Below are positions 29,661 to 40,000 of a stretch of 64,000 bases of DNA, one piece after another (the first letter of the stretch is position 1; each line of letters opens with the position of its first letter). Position numbers and translations under genes: made by a program. The notes below the pieces were generated by a model, which ran no database searches, was not told where the DNA came from, and saw only the letters and a program-made list of their open reading frames with translations. This DNA is from Phycisphaerales bacterium (GTDB taxonomy: Bacteria > Planctomycetota > Phycisphaerae > Phycisphaerales > SM1A02). The stretch covers positions 9,443 through 73,442 of the forward strand of contig JBIKWD010000001.1 in the NCBI GenBank assembly GCA_044356505.1, written 5' to 3'.

Positions 29661-30323
29661 CTACTTCTTCGACTTCGGCTCTTTCCCCTTCGCGTCCTTC
29701 GACTTGGCTTCCTTCAGCTTGATCTCCGGGCCCGGCATCGTCTGACCCTCGATGGCGGCGAACACGATGCCGACATGGTGGGTCGCGCCCGGCGCCTTGC
29801 GGCTGCTGTTGGCCCTGCCGCGCGCGCGGCGGGCGATCTCGTCGATCTCGGAGCACAGCGATCGGATGCGCGAAGCTTCCTCGTCGGTGAAGTTCTCCCA
29901 GTGGAGGCTGATCCTGCGGCCTGCGATTCCGCCGCCACGCTTGTCCAGCGCGACCGCGCGGCTTTCGGCGAGCCACGGCCGGTAGAACTCGGCGAGCCGC
30001 TGCTGGTCGCGCTTCGAATCGCCCTCGACCTCGAGCGTCACATCCTCGATCATGCAGCGGTAGTACCGCGGACGCTTGCCACGGCGGCCCGGAGTCGGCG
30101 TGCCCGCGCGCGAGGTCAGCAGACCCGCCTTCTCGAGGTGACGGAGGTGAAAGTAGAGCGCGGTCCGGTTCAGGCCGACAGCCTGCGCGAGTTCGGTGAC
30201 GGAGGTCTCGCCGAGGCGGCGCGCGGTCTCGAGGATCCTGAGACGGAGCGGAAGACGAACGGCCTGCCAGAGAGGAGTGCGGGAGAGTTGCATGCTGGGG
30301 GATTCGGTCTGCGGTTCGGGCAT
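29661..30323 (-). CDS. ArsR-like winged-helix transcriptional regulator with Lys-rich tail
   Basis: Track ORF 29661..30335; possible starts at 30335, 30323 and 30293. HTH region RILETARRLGETSVTELAQAVGLNRTALYFHLRHLEKAGLL. C-terminus KLKEAKSKDAKGKEPKSKK. Confidence 0.7.
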   Translation of the reverse strand: MPEPQTESPSMQLSRTPLWQAVRLPLRLRILETARRLGETSVTELAQAVGLNRTALYFHLRHLEKAGLLTSRAGTPTPGRRGKRPRYYRCMIEDVTLEVEGDSKRDQQRLAEFYRPWLAESRAVALDKRGGGIAGRRISLHWENFTDEEASRIRSLCSEIDEIARRARGRANSSRKAPGATHHVGIVFAAIEGQTMPGPEIKLKEAKSKDAKGKEPKSKK

Positions 30324-30726
30324 GGCACACCACATTGGGCGCGGCGGCCGATCGGCCGAGCCTCACTATCAGGGTCAGGGACCGGCTCGCACGCGGGGAA
30401 ACACCCGCTGTTCCGGCTCCCTCGGCGACGCACCGAGCGTCCATCGCGGGACGGCTCGCGTCGTCGTCAAGCCGCATCGGGATCGGATGCGGCACCTTTC
30501 CTCTTGGACTCGGAAGGCCGGCCGCCGATCGCTCGGCGGGTGAATCTGCCGACGTTCGGCGATCCTGAAGGCGCTTGCCCGAGAGCGAGAAACTCCTAAA
30601 AAACGGAGCGGTTGTCAAGAGCGCCGCGTGCGCCCGCGCACCGTTTCGGGAAATCCACTGCATAGCCGCATAGCTTTCGACGGCGCGCACCTCCGCCACG
30701 GGACGACCGGCGGATACCATGACGAA

Positions 30727-31131
30727 ATGTCCGACTTCCCTCCCGTCGCAGAGCCGCATCTCGCGCTCCGCGTGCTGATGATGCCTCGCGACACGAACCA
30801 TCAGGGCACGATCTTCGGCGGCATCATCCTCGCGCATGTCGACCAGGCGGGCTACGTCGAGGCTCGGCGACATGGACTGCACCGCTGGGTCACCGCGAGC
30901 GTCGACCGCGTCGACTTCAAGGCATCGGTCGCGGTCGGCGAGGTGGTCGAGTTCAAGACGCGCACCATTCGGCTTGGCCGAAGCTCGGTCACGGTGCAGG
31001 TGGTCGTCGACGCCGAGCGCCTCGATGGAACGTGGTCTCGGGTCACCGAAGCGCAGCTCACGATGGTCGCCGTGGACTCGGCCGGCAAGTCGATTCCGTT
31101 CCGCGAAACTCCTTCCGGCGACCGCAGATGA
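30727..31131 (+). CDS. Acyl-CoA thioesterase (hotdog fold, YciA-like)
   Basis: In-frame part of track ORF 30628..31131, starting at ATG 30727. Contains the MMPRDTNHQGTIFGG motif. Confidence 0.8.
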   Translation: MSDFPPVAEPHLALRVLMMPRDTNHQGTIFGGIILAHVDQAGYVEARRHGLHRWVTASVDRVDFKASVAVGEVVEFKTRTIRLGRSSVTVQVVVDAERLDGTWSRVTEAQLTMVAVDSAGKSIPFRETPSGDRR

Positions 31132-31733
31132 GCGATCGGGCCCGCATCGCCATCCTCATGTCGGGCGGAGGGCGGACCGCCGCGAACATCCATCAGGCGT
31201 GCCTCGACGGGCGCGTCGCGGCGGACGTGGCGCTCGTCATCGCGCATCGCGAGGACGTCGCAGGAGTCCCGCGCTGCCGCGAGCGCGGTCTCCGGGTGGC
31301 GGTGGTGCCGGCCGGCGACGCGCTCGCCGACCGAGTCGACGACTGCCTCGCCTCGGCGCGGATCGACCTCGTCTGCCTCGCCGGATATCTGAGGCGCTTC
31401 CGCGTCGGATCGCTGTGGGTGGGCCGGACGCTGAACATCCACCCCGCGCTCCTCCCCCGCTTCGGAGGCAAGGGGATGTACGGCATGCGCGTCCATGAGG
31501 CCGTCCTCGCGGCGGGAGCGCGGGAGTCCGGCTGCACCGTCCACGAGGTCGACGAGGAGTACGACCACGGGGCGACGCTCGTCGAGCGCCGGTGCGCGGT
31601 ACTCCCCGGAGACACGCCGGAATCGCTCGCGGCGCGGGTCCATGCCGAGGAGATTCCTGCGTATCCACAGGCGATCGCCATGATGCTCGAGCGACGCGCT
31701 TGCCGGCCACTCGCCGCGGAGCACGCGACGTGA
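31128..31733 (+). CDS. purN: Phosphoribosylglycinamide formyltransferase
   Basis: In-frame part of track ORF 31032..31733. ATG 31128 overlaps the upstream stop (ATGA). Motifs IAILMSGGG, NIHPALLPRFGG, TVHEVDEEYDHG. Confidence 0.9.
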   Translation: MSDRARIAILMSGGGRTAANIHQACLDGRVAADVALVIAHREDVAGVPRCRERGLRVAVVPAGDALADRVDDCLASARIDLVCLAGYLRRFRVGSLWVGRTLNIHPALLPRFGGKGMYGMRVHEAVLAAGARESGCTVHEVDEEYDHGATLVERRCAVLPGDTPESLAARVHAEEIPAYPQAIAMMLERRACRPLAAEHAT

Positions 31734-33280
31734 AGCCCTTCCGTCGCGTGGCGGCCGCCCTGCTTGCGCCGTTGCTGATCGCCGCCACGGCGGCCGCGGC
31801 GACCACGGCGGCCGCGGCGACCACGGCGGCCGCGGCGACCACGGCGGCCGCGGCGTTCGCTTCGACCACGTCGGCACCGCCGCCCGCCGAACGCGCGGTC
31901 CCGAGCGAGGAGTCGATCAACGCCGCGCTGCGCGCGCGCGACTTCGCCAAGGCGGACGAACTCATCGCGCTCCGGATCGCAGGCGGCGAGCGCGATCCGA
32001 TCCTCCTCTACAACCACGCCTGCGCGCTCGCGCAGCTCGGACGCATCGAGGACGCCGAGAAGCAGCTCCTCGAGAGCGTGAAGGCCGGCTTCACCGAGTT
32101 CGACCACATGGAGTCGGACGCTGACCTCGACCCGCTCCGCGACGGGGAGATCTACGCAGCGATCATGGAGGCGCGGAGCCGTCTCGAGCGGAGGGCGCCC
32201 GCCGCCAAGCCTCGGGACGAGGGGCCGGAGCGTCGCGCCGCGCGAAGCGCGCCCGATCCGCTCGGGCGGTGGAGGGACGCGCACGGCGACCGCTACCGCT
32301 ACGAGGTCGATGCCGCGCGCGGCCTCGCCTTCGCGACCTATCTCGAGGAATCGTCGCACCGCCGCATGCGCGACATGCTCGATCGCCTCGAACGGCATCT
32401 CCTGAAGGCGTACTTCGGCAAGCCGCCGGAAGAGCCCGCGCTGATCGCGATCGTCCGGCCCGAGGACGCGTCGAGATACCTCGACAAGCCCGAGGTCCGC
32501 GGCATGTACCTCCATCGCGAGCGGCGGCTGGTGGCGCGCGACACGGGACAGAGCCTGACGCACGAGTTCGTCCACCTGCTCCACTTCGCCGACATGGAGC
32601 GGCGCAAGCAGCGGCATCCGATCTGGATCCAGGAGGGCCTCGCCAGCCTCTACGAGGACTACACGATCCGCGAGGACGGCTCGGTCGAGTTCCATCCCAA
32701 CATCCGCTTCAATCTTGCGCGCAAGCAGGTCCTGTCGCGCACCGCCGAGCCGTGGCAGAAGCTCTTCGCGATGTCGGGCGACCGCTTCATGCAGGACGCG
32801 GAGCGCCACTATCCGCAGGTCCGCGCCATCTTCGAGTTCTTCGCGCGCGACGGCAGGCTGGAGGAGTTCTACAAGGCGCTGCTCGACACATCCCGCGACG
32901 ATCCCACGGGAGTGCGCGCCGTCGAGCGGGCGTTCGGCGAGCCGCTGCAGAAGGTCGAGGAACGGTGGCGCGCATGGATGACCTCGCGCGGCGAGATCGA
33001 CGACAGGGTGTCGCGGGGCGACGCGTCGCTCGGGGTCGGCGGCGACGACGTCGGCGACGGGGTCCGCATCCGTTCCTTCGCGCCGGGCTCGGCCGCGCGT
33101 GCCGGCGGCCTGCGGATCGGCGACGTGATCTTCGCCGTCGCAGGAACCCCCGTTCGCAACCGCGACGAGCTGCAGCTCGCGGTCGCCCGGCTCCGGCTCG
33201 GCGAGTCGGTCGAGGTCGGCTACCGTCGCGACGGAGCCGATCACGCGGTGCTGGTCACGCTGCGGCCGCTCGCGCGGTGA
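31730..33280 (+). CDS. Secreted TPR / HExxH metallopeptidase-like / PDZ domain protein
   Basis: In-frame part of track ORF 31592..33280. GTG 31730 overlaps the purN stop (GTGA). Hydrophobic N-terminus, TPR-like segment (LLYNHACALAQLGRIEDAEKQL), HEFVH motif, and a C-terminal PDZ (GLRIGDVIFAVAGTPV). Confidence 0.7.
   Translation: MKPFRRVAAALLAPLLIAATAAAATTAAAATTAAAATTAAAAFASTTSAPPPAERAVPSEESINAALRARDFAKADELIALRIAGGERDPILLYNHACALAQLGRIEDAEKQLLESVKAGFTEFDHMESDADLDPLRDGEIYAAIMEARSRLERRAPAAKPRDEGPERRAARSAPDPLGRWRDAHGDRYRYEVDAARGLAFATYLEESSHRRMRDMLDRLERHLLKAYFGKPPEEPALIAIVRPEDASRYLDKPEVRGMYLHRERRLVARDTGQSLTHEFVHLLHFADMERRKQRHPIWIQEGLASLYEDYTIREDGSVEFHPNIRFNLARKQVLSRTAEPWQKLFAMSGDRFMQDAERHYPQVRAIFEFFARDGRLEEFYKALLDTSRDDPTGVRAVERAFGEPLQKVEERWRAWMTSRGEIDDRVSRGDASLGVGGDDVGDGVRIRSFAPGSAARAGGLRIGDVIFAVAGTPVRNRDELQLAVARLRLGESVEVGYRRDGADHAVLVTLRPLAR
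31787..31855. repeat. 18-bp in-frame tandem repeat, about 3.8 copies
   Basis: Unit ACGGCGGCCGCGGCGACC, encoding (TTAAAA)n just after the signal/anchor segment of the 31730 gene. Confidence 0.9.
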
Positions 33281-33331
33281 GCGAACTTTCCCGCTCCCAC
33301 AAGCCCCGCCGCCGACCTTACACTCCTGCGC

Positions 33332-34186
33332 ATGCACGAGAGCGATCGCGGCGAAGGAGCGGGCATGCCGAAGCGGACAGGCGGCGGCATGCGCTTTTTC
33401 CTCCGCGGGCTCGGCGTCGTGCTTCCGAGCATCCTCACGCTGTGGATACTCGTCGCGGCCTTCCGGTTCGTCGACGCGAACATCGCGGCCCCGATCAACG
33501 CCGGGCTGCGTTTCGCGGTCTCGACGGCCGCGGACAGGTCCGACCTCGAGCCGTTCAGGCCGTCTTCCGAGGCGCTCGCCGCCGAGACGGTGCGGGCGGA
33601 GAGGCTGCGGCTCGACGCCTCCGAGGCAGCGGTCCGAGCCCGGGTCGTCGCGACGAACGTGGCGGCATGGTGGGAGGCGCGCTGGTACCTCGACCTCGCG
33701 GGGCTCGTCCTCGCGGTCGTGGCCGTCTACGTCCTCGGCCGCCTGGTGGGCGGGTATATCGGCCGCCGCCTCCTCGCCGCCTTCGAGACCGGAATGCTCT
33801 CGGTCCCGGGCATCCGAAGCGTGTATCCCGCACTGAAGCAAGTGGTGGAGTTTCTGTTCGGAAGCGAAAAGCAGAAACTCAGTTTCAGCCGCGTGGTGAT
33901 GATCGAGTATCCCCGTCCCGGCATCTGGTCGATGGGGCTCGTGACGGGAGATGCCGCGCGCGAAGTCCGCGCGGCCGTAGGCGACGCCGTGACGGTCTTT
34001 GTTCCAAGCTCCCCGACGCCGTTCACAGGGTGGACCGTCACCGTCCCGCGCGACCAGGTCCGCGAGATTCCCATCACGATCGATGAAGCGCTCCGCTACC
34101 TTGTGTCGGCGGGCGTCGTCGTGCCAGGCGAGAAGGTCGGCGACAGGAACGTTGTTCAGGCCCCGAAACAGGCCGTCACGAACTGA
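33332..34186 (+). CDS. DUF502 family membrane protein
   Basis: Track ORF, 284 aa; alternative starts at 33365 and 33389. Two TM helices, the VPGIRSVYPALKQVVEF motif and the VPSSPTPFTGWTV motif, both characteristic of DUF502. Confidence 0.7.
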   Translation: MHESDRGEGAGMPKRTGGGMRFFLRGLGVVLPSILTLWILVAAFRFVDANIAAPINAGLRFAVSTAADRSDLEPFRPSSEALAAETVRAERLRLDASEAAVRARVVATNVAAWWEARWYLDLAGLVLAVVAVYVLGRLVGGYIGRRLLAAFETGMLSVPGIRSVYPALKQVVEFLFGSEKQKLSFSRVVMIEYPRPGIWSMGLVTGDAAREVRAAVGDAVTVFVPSSPTPFTGWTVTVPRDQVREIPITIDEALRYLVSAGVVVPGEKVGDRNVVQAPKQAVTN

Positions 34187-34219
34187 AGTGCGTGCGGCCG
34201 CAGACCGAAAGGGAGTGCC

Positions 34220-34522
34220 ATGCAGATCAACATCAAGGGCAAGCACCTCGAGATCACCGAAGCCATCGACACCTACGTCCGCAAGAAGAGCGAGCGGCTG
34301 ACCCGCTACTTCGACCGCGTCCAGTCGATCGACTGCGTCATCGAGAAGGAGCCGAACGCGTACCATGTCGAGTTCATCGTCGACGTGGCGCAGCACGAGG
34401 ACTTCATCGTGAACTTCCGCGACGCCGACCTCTACGCGGCGATCGACCTGGCCATCGACCGCGAGGCGCGCCAGATCGTCGAGTACAAGAAGCAGCTGCG
34501 AAACCACAAGCATCCGCACTGA
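34220..34522 (+). CDS. hpf: Ribosome hibernation promoting factor (short HPF/RaiA)
   Basis: Track ORF, 100 aa: MQINIKGKHLEITEAIDTYVRKKSERLTRYFDR...DLYAAIDLAIDREARQIVEYKKQLR. Confidence 0.9.
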   Translation: MQINIKGKHLEITEAIDTYVRKKSERLTRYFDRVQSIDCVIEKEPNAYHVEFIVDVAQHEDFIVNFRDADLYAAIDLAIDREARQIVEYKKQLRNHKHPH

Positions 34523-34555
34523 CGCCCGCGCGTCCGAGCAATCGAAGAAGAGAAC

Positions 34556-35032
34556 ATGAAACTCCGAGACATCGTCGTCGAGAAGGCCATCGTCCCCAAC
34601 ATGGTCGCGGTCAAGCGCGATGACGCGATCCGCGAGCTGCTTGACGCGATGGTCGCCGCCGGCAGGGTCTCGGCCGACATGCGCGATCCGTTCGCGAAGG
34701 CGATCATCGCGCGCGAGAACAAGGGCTCGACCGGCCTCAACCACGGCGTGGCGATCCCGCACACCAAGTCGCCGGCGATCAAGTCGCCGATGGCCGCGAT
34801 CGGCGTCAGCCGCTCGGGCATCGACTTCAATTCGCTCGACAAGCAGCCCGTCTACTCGGTGGTGCTGCTGCTCTCGCCCGAGTCGAAGCCCGAGGCGCAC
34901 CTCGAGGCCATCCAGGCGATCTTCTCGCACCTGTCCAAGGACCAGTTCCGCCGCTTCCTGCGGCAGGCGAAGTCGGTCGAGGAAGTGACCACGCTCCTCG
35001 ACGAAGCCGATGCCGGCCAGGTCGGCCGCTGA
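34556..35032 (+). CDS. ptsN: PTS EIIA-Ntr-type nitrogen regulatory protein
   Basis: Track ORF, 158 aa. Active-site region GLNHGVAIPHTK. Genomic context is directly after hpf. Confidence 0.85.
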   Translation: MKLRDIVVEKAIVPNMVAVKRDDAIRELLDAMVAAGRVSADMRDPFAKAIIARENKGSTGLNHGVAIPHTKSPAIKSPMAAIGVSRSGIDFNSLDKQPVYSVVLLLSPESKPEAHLEAIQAIFSHLSKDQFRRFLRQAKSVEEVTTLLDEADAGQVGR

Positions 35033-35039
35033 GGACGCC

Positions 35040-35315
35040 ATGCGTTCCGCGGAGGCCACCATCGTCAACAGGCTCGGGCTGCATGCGCGGCCGGCGATGA
35101 CGTTCGTCGAGGAGGCAACGCGCTTCGGCTCCGCGATCACCGTCCGCAAGAAGGGCGACGGGGAGAGCGTCGACGGCAAGTCGATCCTGCAGATGCTCAT
35201 GCTCGCCGGGACCTGCGGAACCGTGATCGAGATCACCGCCGACGGCGATGACGAGGAGTCGGCTCTCGGCGCGCTGGTCGCGCTGGTCGCTGCGCGGTTC
35301 GGCGAGGACGAGTAG
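35040..35315 (+). CDS. ptsH: HPr/NPr family phosphocarrier protein
   Basis: Track ORF 35010..35315; start placed at ATG 35040. His-15 motif RLGLHARPA and Ser-46 motif GKSILQ. Confidence 0.85.
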   Translation: MRSAEATIVNRLGLHARPAMTFVEEATRFGSAITVRKKGDGESVDGKSILQMLMLAGTCGTVIEITADGDDEESALGALVALVAARFGEDE

Positions 35316-35356
35316 CGCGGCACCCCGGCCGGCTCGCACGGGAGCCGGTGCGTCGC

Positions 35357-36379
35357 TCACTTCGGACCGGAGGCGATCCGCTCGGTGGTCGTCTCGCGGC
35401 GCATCAGCTGCGCAAGCGCCTCGCGAGGGGCGAGCGCCTCGAACACCATCTGGTCGACCGCCTCGCAGATCGGGAGTTCGATGCCCTTGCTCCGCGCAAG
35501 ACGGACGAGCGCGCGCGCGGTCGGAACGCCTTCGACCACCGAGATGGTGTCGGCAAGCGCGTCCTTCACGCAGCGCCCGCGGGCCAGCCGTTCTCCGAAG
35601 CTCCGGTTGCGCCCGTCCGGCGCAAAGCAGGTCGTCGAAAGGTCGCCGATCCCCGCCACGCCGAAGAAGGTCTCGACGCGTCCGCCGAGGGCGACGCCGA
35701 CCCGCGAGATCTCGGCAAGGCCGCGCGCCAGCAGCGCGCTCTTGGCGTTGACGCCGAGCCCCATGCCGTCCGCCACCCCCGCGGCGATGGCGATGACGTT
35801 CTTGCAGGCGCCCGCCACCTCGACGCCGATGAGGTCCGACGACTGGTAGATGCGGGTCCAGTCCGAGGTGAAGGCGTTGGCGACCCGCGCCGAGAGCGAC
35901 GGGTTCGGACTCGCGGCCACGAGCGCCGCCGGAAGCCGCCGAGCGAGCTCCGCCGCGATGGTCGGGCCGCTCAGGGCGGCGACGGGACGATCCTCGCCAA
36001 GCGTCTCGGCGAGGATGTCGCAGGGAAGTCGGAACGTGTCGGCCTCGATGCCTTTCGCGACGCTGACGATCGGGACCGCCTTCGGGACCGACGGGCCGAG
36101 CCGCGCGAAGGTCGCGCGGATGTACTGGGTCGGGATCGCGCAGACCACGAGCGTCGCGGAGGCGAGCGCGGAGCCATCGGAACCGACCTCGACGGCGGCA
36201 TGCAGGCGGAAGCCGGGCAGCCGCGCGCTCTCGCGGCTCTCGCGAAGGCGCGCCGCCTCGGCCGCGAACGGCGAGACGATCGACGTCGGGATGCCGCGCA
36301 CGGACAGGATGTCCGCGAGGACGAGGGCCATCTGGCCGTCGCCGACGATTGCGATCCGCTCGGAGAGATCGTTGCTCAC
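35357..36379 (-). CDS. gpsA: NAD(P)H-dependent glycerol-3-phosphate dehydrogenase
   Basis: In-frame part of track ORF 35357..36556. Start is GTG 36379 (VSNDLSERIAIVGDGQMALVLA, a Rossmann motif). Further motifs GPTIAAELA, KNVIAIAAG, NRSFG. Confidence 0.9.
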   Translation of the reverse strand: MSNDLSERIAIVGDGQMALVLADILSVRGIPTSIVSPFAAEAARLRESRESARLPGFRLHAAVEVGSDGSALASATLVVCAIPTQYIRATFARLGPSVPKAVPIVSVAKGIEADTFRLPCDILAETLGEDRPVAALSGPTIAAELARRLPAALVAASPNPSLSARVANAFTSDWTRIYQSSDLIGVEVAGACKNVIAIAAGVADGMGLGVNAKSALLARGLAEISRVGVALGGRVETFFGVAGIGDLSTTCFAPDGRNRSFGERLARGRCVKDALADTISVVEGVPTARALVRLARSKGIELPICEAVDQMVFEALAPREALAQLMRRETTTERIASGPK

Positions 36380-36667
36380 ACCCGAAGGATAACCGCAGGA
36401 CCCGGCGTCGCCCGCACCGACGGGTTTCGCGAACCGAACCCCTGCCTCCGGCGAATCCGTCGGTTCCGGGGCGCTTCGGCGGCGCGATGACGGTTCGCCC
36501 GCGTAGAAGGCAGCGATGTGGAGAAGATCGGCGCTCCTGCGAAACCACCTGTCCATTGTTGCGCGCCCGCGTCGAGGCTGGCCTTGGGCGCCGTGAATCC
36601 CGACCCCGGCCGCGAGGGTCTGCTACCCTCTCCTAGACTGCGTCACGAACCTGCGCGGATCCCTGAC

Positions 36668-38698
36668 ATGTCCAGCATCCCCTCCTTCTCGGATTCGACG
36701 TCCCGCTCGAACTCAAGCCGCCCCTCCGACGACGCCTTCGGCGCCGAGCGGCTGGAGCGGCAGCTCTTCGTCGCACTCTTCGGCGGCGTGCTGCTGCTTG
36801 CGGCGTGGATCGCCAAGCTCCTCGACATCGAGACAACCGTCGCCAACATCCCGGCGCTCGTCGGAGCGCTGGTGCTGGTGGTTCCGCTCGCGAAGGGCGC
36901 GATCGAGGAGCTCCGCGAAGGCCGCGCGTCGAGCGACAGCCTCGCCTGCCTCGCCGTCTTCGCGGCCATCGCCAACGAGCTCTATCTCGCGGCAGGCTTC
37001 CTCGCGTTCTTCCTTTGGTTCAGCGAACTGGTGCTCTCGCGCACCGCATGGGGCGCGCAACGTGCGATCCGCGAGCTCATCGAGCTCACCCCCGACGTGG
37101 CGCGGCTGGTCGAAGCGTCGGGTGAAGAGCGCGAGGTCTCGCTCGGACAGCTCAAGCTCGGCTCGATCGTGCGCGTTCGCCCCGGCGAGAACCTTCCGGC
37201 CGACGGCACGGTGCGCGCGGGAACCTCGAGCATCAACCAGGCTTCGCTCACCGGTGAAGCCGTGCCGATCGAGGTGCAGGCGGGTTCGGCGGTCTACGCA
37301 GGAACCACGAACCTCACCGGACAGATCGACATCGAGGTCACCGCAGTCAAGGGCGAGACGACCATCGGCAAGGTCGAGAAGCTGATCCGCGAGGCAGAGG
37401 GCGCGAAGGGCAGGAAGCAGGAGCTGATCGAGCGCATCTCCGCCTACTACGTTCCCGTCGTGCTGATGGTGGCGCTGATCGTCTGGTTCTTCACCGCGAA
37501 GTCCGGTTCGCCCGACGCGAAGGCCGTGGCTGCCGAGCGCGCGATCACAGTGCTCGTCGTGACCTGCCCGGGCGCCCTGCTCATCGCCTACCCGACCGCG
37601 ATGGTCGCGGCCTTCGCGGCCGCCGCGCGGCTCGGAGTGATGATCAAGCAGACGCGCACGCTCGAGGCGGCCGCGGACATCGACACCGTGGTGATGGACA
37701 AGACCGGCACGCTGACGACGGGCAAGTTCGCGGTGAGCCGCCTCGCGCCCGCGCAGGGCGTCGAGGGCGCGGCGCTCCTCCAGGCCGCTGCGGACGCCGA
37801 GCAGTCGTCGAACCATCCGCTCGCGAAGTCGATCCTCGAGACCGCGGACCGCGCCCGCATCAAGCCGAGTCCGCTCGCCGGCTACCGCGAGATCCACGGC
37901 CGCGGCGTCGCCGCGACCACGTCGGACGGCGAGATCTTCGCCGGCCGCGGCGCCTGGATCGCAGAACTGAACCCCGCGGTCGCCGGCGAGGTCAAGGCGG
38001 TCGAGGCGAAGATCGACGGCATGTCGGGCGTGCACGTGATGGCGAACGGCCGCTACCTCGGCGCCGTCGGCCTCGAGGACAAGCTGCGCCGCAACGCCAA
38101 CGAAGTCGTCTCGAAGCTCCGTGAACTCGGGGTGCGGCGCGTCGCCATCTTCACGGGCGACCGCCTCGCGGTCGCGACGCGCGTCGGCCAGTCGGTCGGC
38201 GTCGACTCGATCGAGGCGGAGTGCCTGCCCGAGGAGAAGCACGAGGAGCTCAAGTACCTCATCCGCCAGGGCCACCGCACGCTGGTGGTCGGCGACGGCA
38301 TCAACGACGGCCCGATTCTCGCGACCGCCGACGTCGGCGTCGCGATGGGACTCTCGGGATCCGACATCGCCACGAACAGCGCGGGCGTCGCGCTGATGAA
38401 CGACGATCTCCGGAACGTTCCGTTCCTCCTCGAGATCGCGCGCAAGGCGAAGTCGGTCATCGCGCTCAACATCACGGTCGCGATCCTCCTCGCGATCGTC
38501 GGCCTCGCCCTCGCAGCGACCGGCCGGCTCTACATCTGGGTCACGCCCTTCTACCAGGCGGCCGCCTACATCTTCGTCATCGCCAACTCGCTCCGGCTCG
38601 TCCGCTTCGGCGAGGACTTCGCCGCGGCCGAGGAGTACCGCCGCGAGCAGGAGGCGACCGCGGCCGCCAAGCCGACCCGCAAGCTCGCCGGCGCCTGA
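36668..38698 (+). CDS. P1B-like heavy-metal-type P-type ATPase lacking an N-terminal metal-binding domain
   Basis: In-frame part of track ORF 36518..38698, starting at ATG 36668. Motifs TGE ([10 protein letters not shown]), [15 protein letters not shown]. Four TM helices precede the actuator domain. The transmembrane metal motif reads TCPGA rather than CPC. No CxxC motif in the N-terminus. Confidence 0.85.
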   Translation: MSSIPSFSDSTSRSNSSRPSDDAFGAERLERQLFVALFGGVLLLAAWIAKLLDIETTVANIPALVGALVLVVPLAKGAIEELREGRASSDSLACLAVFAAIANELYLAAGFLAFFLWFSELVLSRTAWGAQRAIRELIELTPDVARLVEASGEEREVSLGQLKLGSIVRVRPGENLPADGTVRAGTSSINQASLTGEAVPIEVQAGSAVYAGTTNLTGQIDIEVTAVKGETTIGKVEKLIREAEGAKGRKQELIERISAYYVPVVLMVALIVWFFTAKSGSPDAKAVAAERAITVLVVTCPGALLIAYPTAMVAAFAAAARLGVMIKQTRTLEAAADIDTVVMDKTGTLTTGKFAVSRLAPAQGVEGAALLQAAADAEQSSNHPLAKSILETADRARIKPSPLAGYREIHGRGVAATTSDGEIFAGRGAWIAELNPAVAGEVKAVEAKIDGMSGVHVMANGRYLGAVGLEDKLRRNANEVVSKLRELGVRRVAIFTGDRLAVATRVGQSVGVDSIEAECLPEEKHEELKYLIRQGHRTLVVGDGINDGPILATADVGVAMGLSGSDIATNSAGVALMNDDLRNVPFLLEIARKAKSVIALNITVAILLAIVGLALAATGRLYIWVTPFYQAAAYIFVIANSLRLVRFGEDFAAAEEYRREQEATAAAKPTRKLAGA

Positions 38699-38787
38699 CG
38701 CCGTCGGACGGACTCCCAGCCTTTGCTACATTCCGCAGGCGCCCGGACGACCCGGGCGCCTGCCTTCATTTTCCATCCGGAACCGCC

Positions 38788-39858
<1,071 letters not shown>

Positions 39859-39886
39859 ACGCTTCGACCGAGCCCGGAAACGAAAA

Positions 39887-39920
39887 GCGGCGCACGGTTG
39901 AGCGTGCGCCGCCTTCTCTC
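39887..39920 (+). terminator. Rho-independent terminator candidate after fbaB
   Basis: Perfect 10-bp stem GCGGCGCACG (39887-39896) / CGTGCGCCGC (39903-39912) with loop GTTGAG, followed by CTTCTCTCTC. Confidence 0.65.
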
Positions 39921-40000
39921 TCGCCAGCATCGCGAACCGCGACGCTTCCGCGAATCCGGGACGCACGCTTCCGCGCGCGCGCCAGTCATCCGACTCGGGG

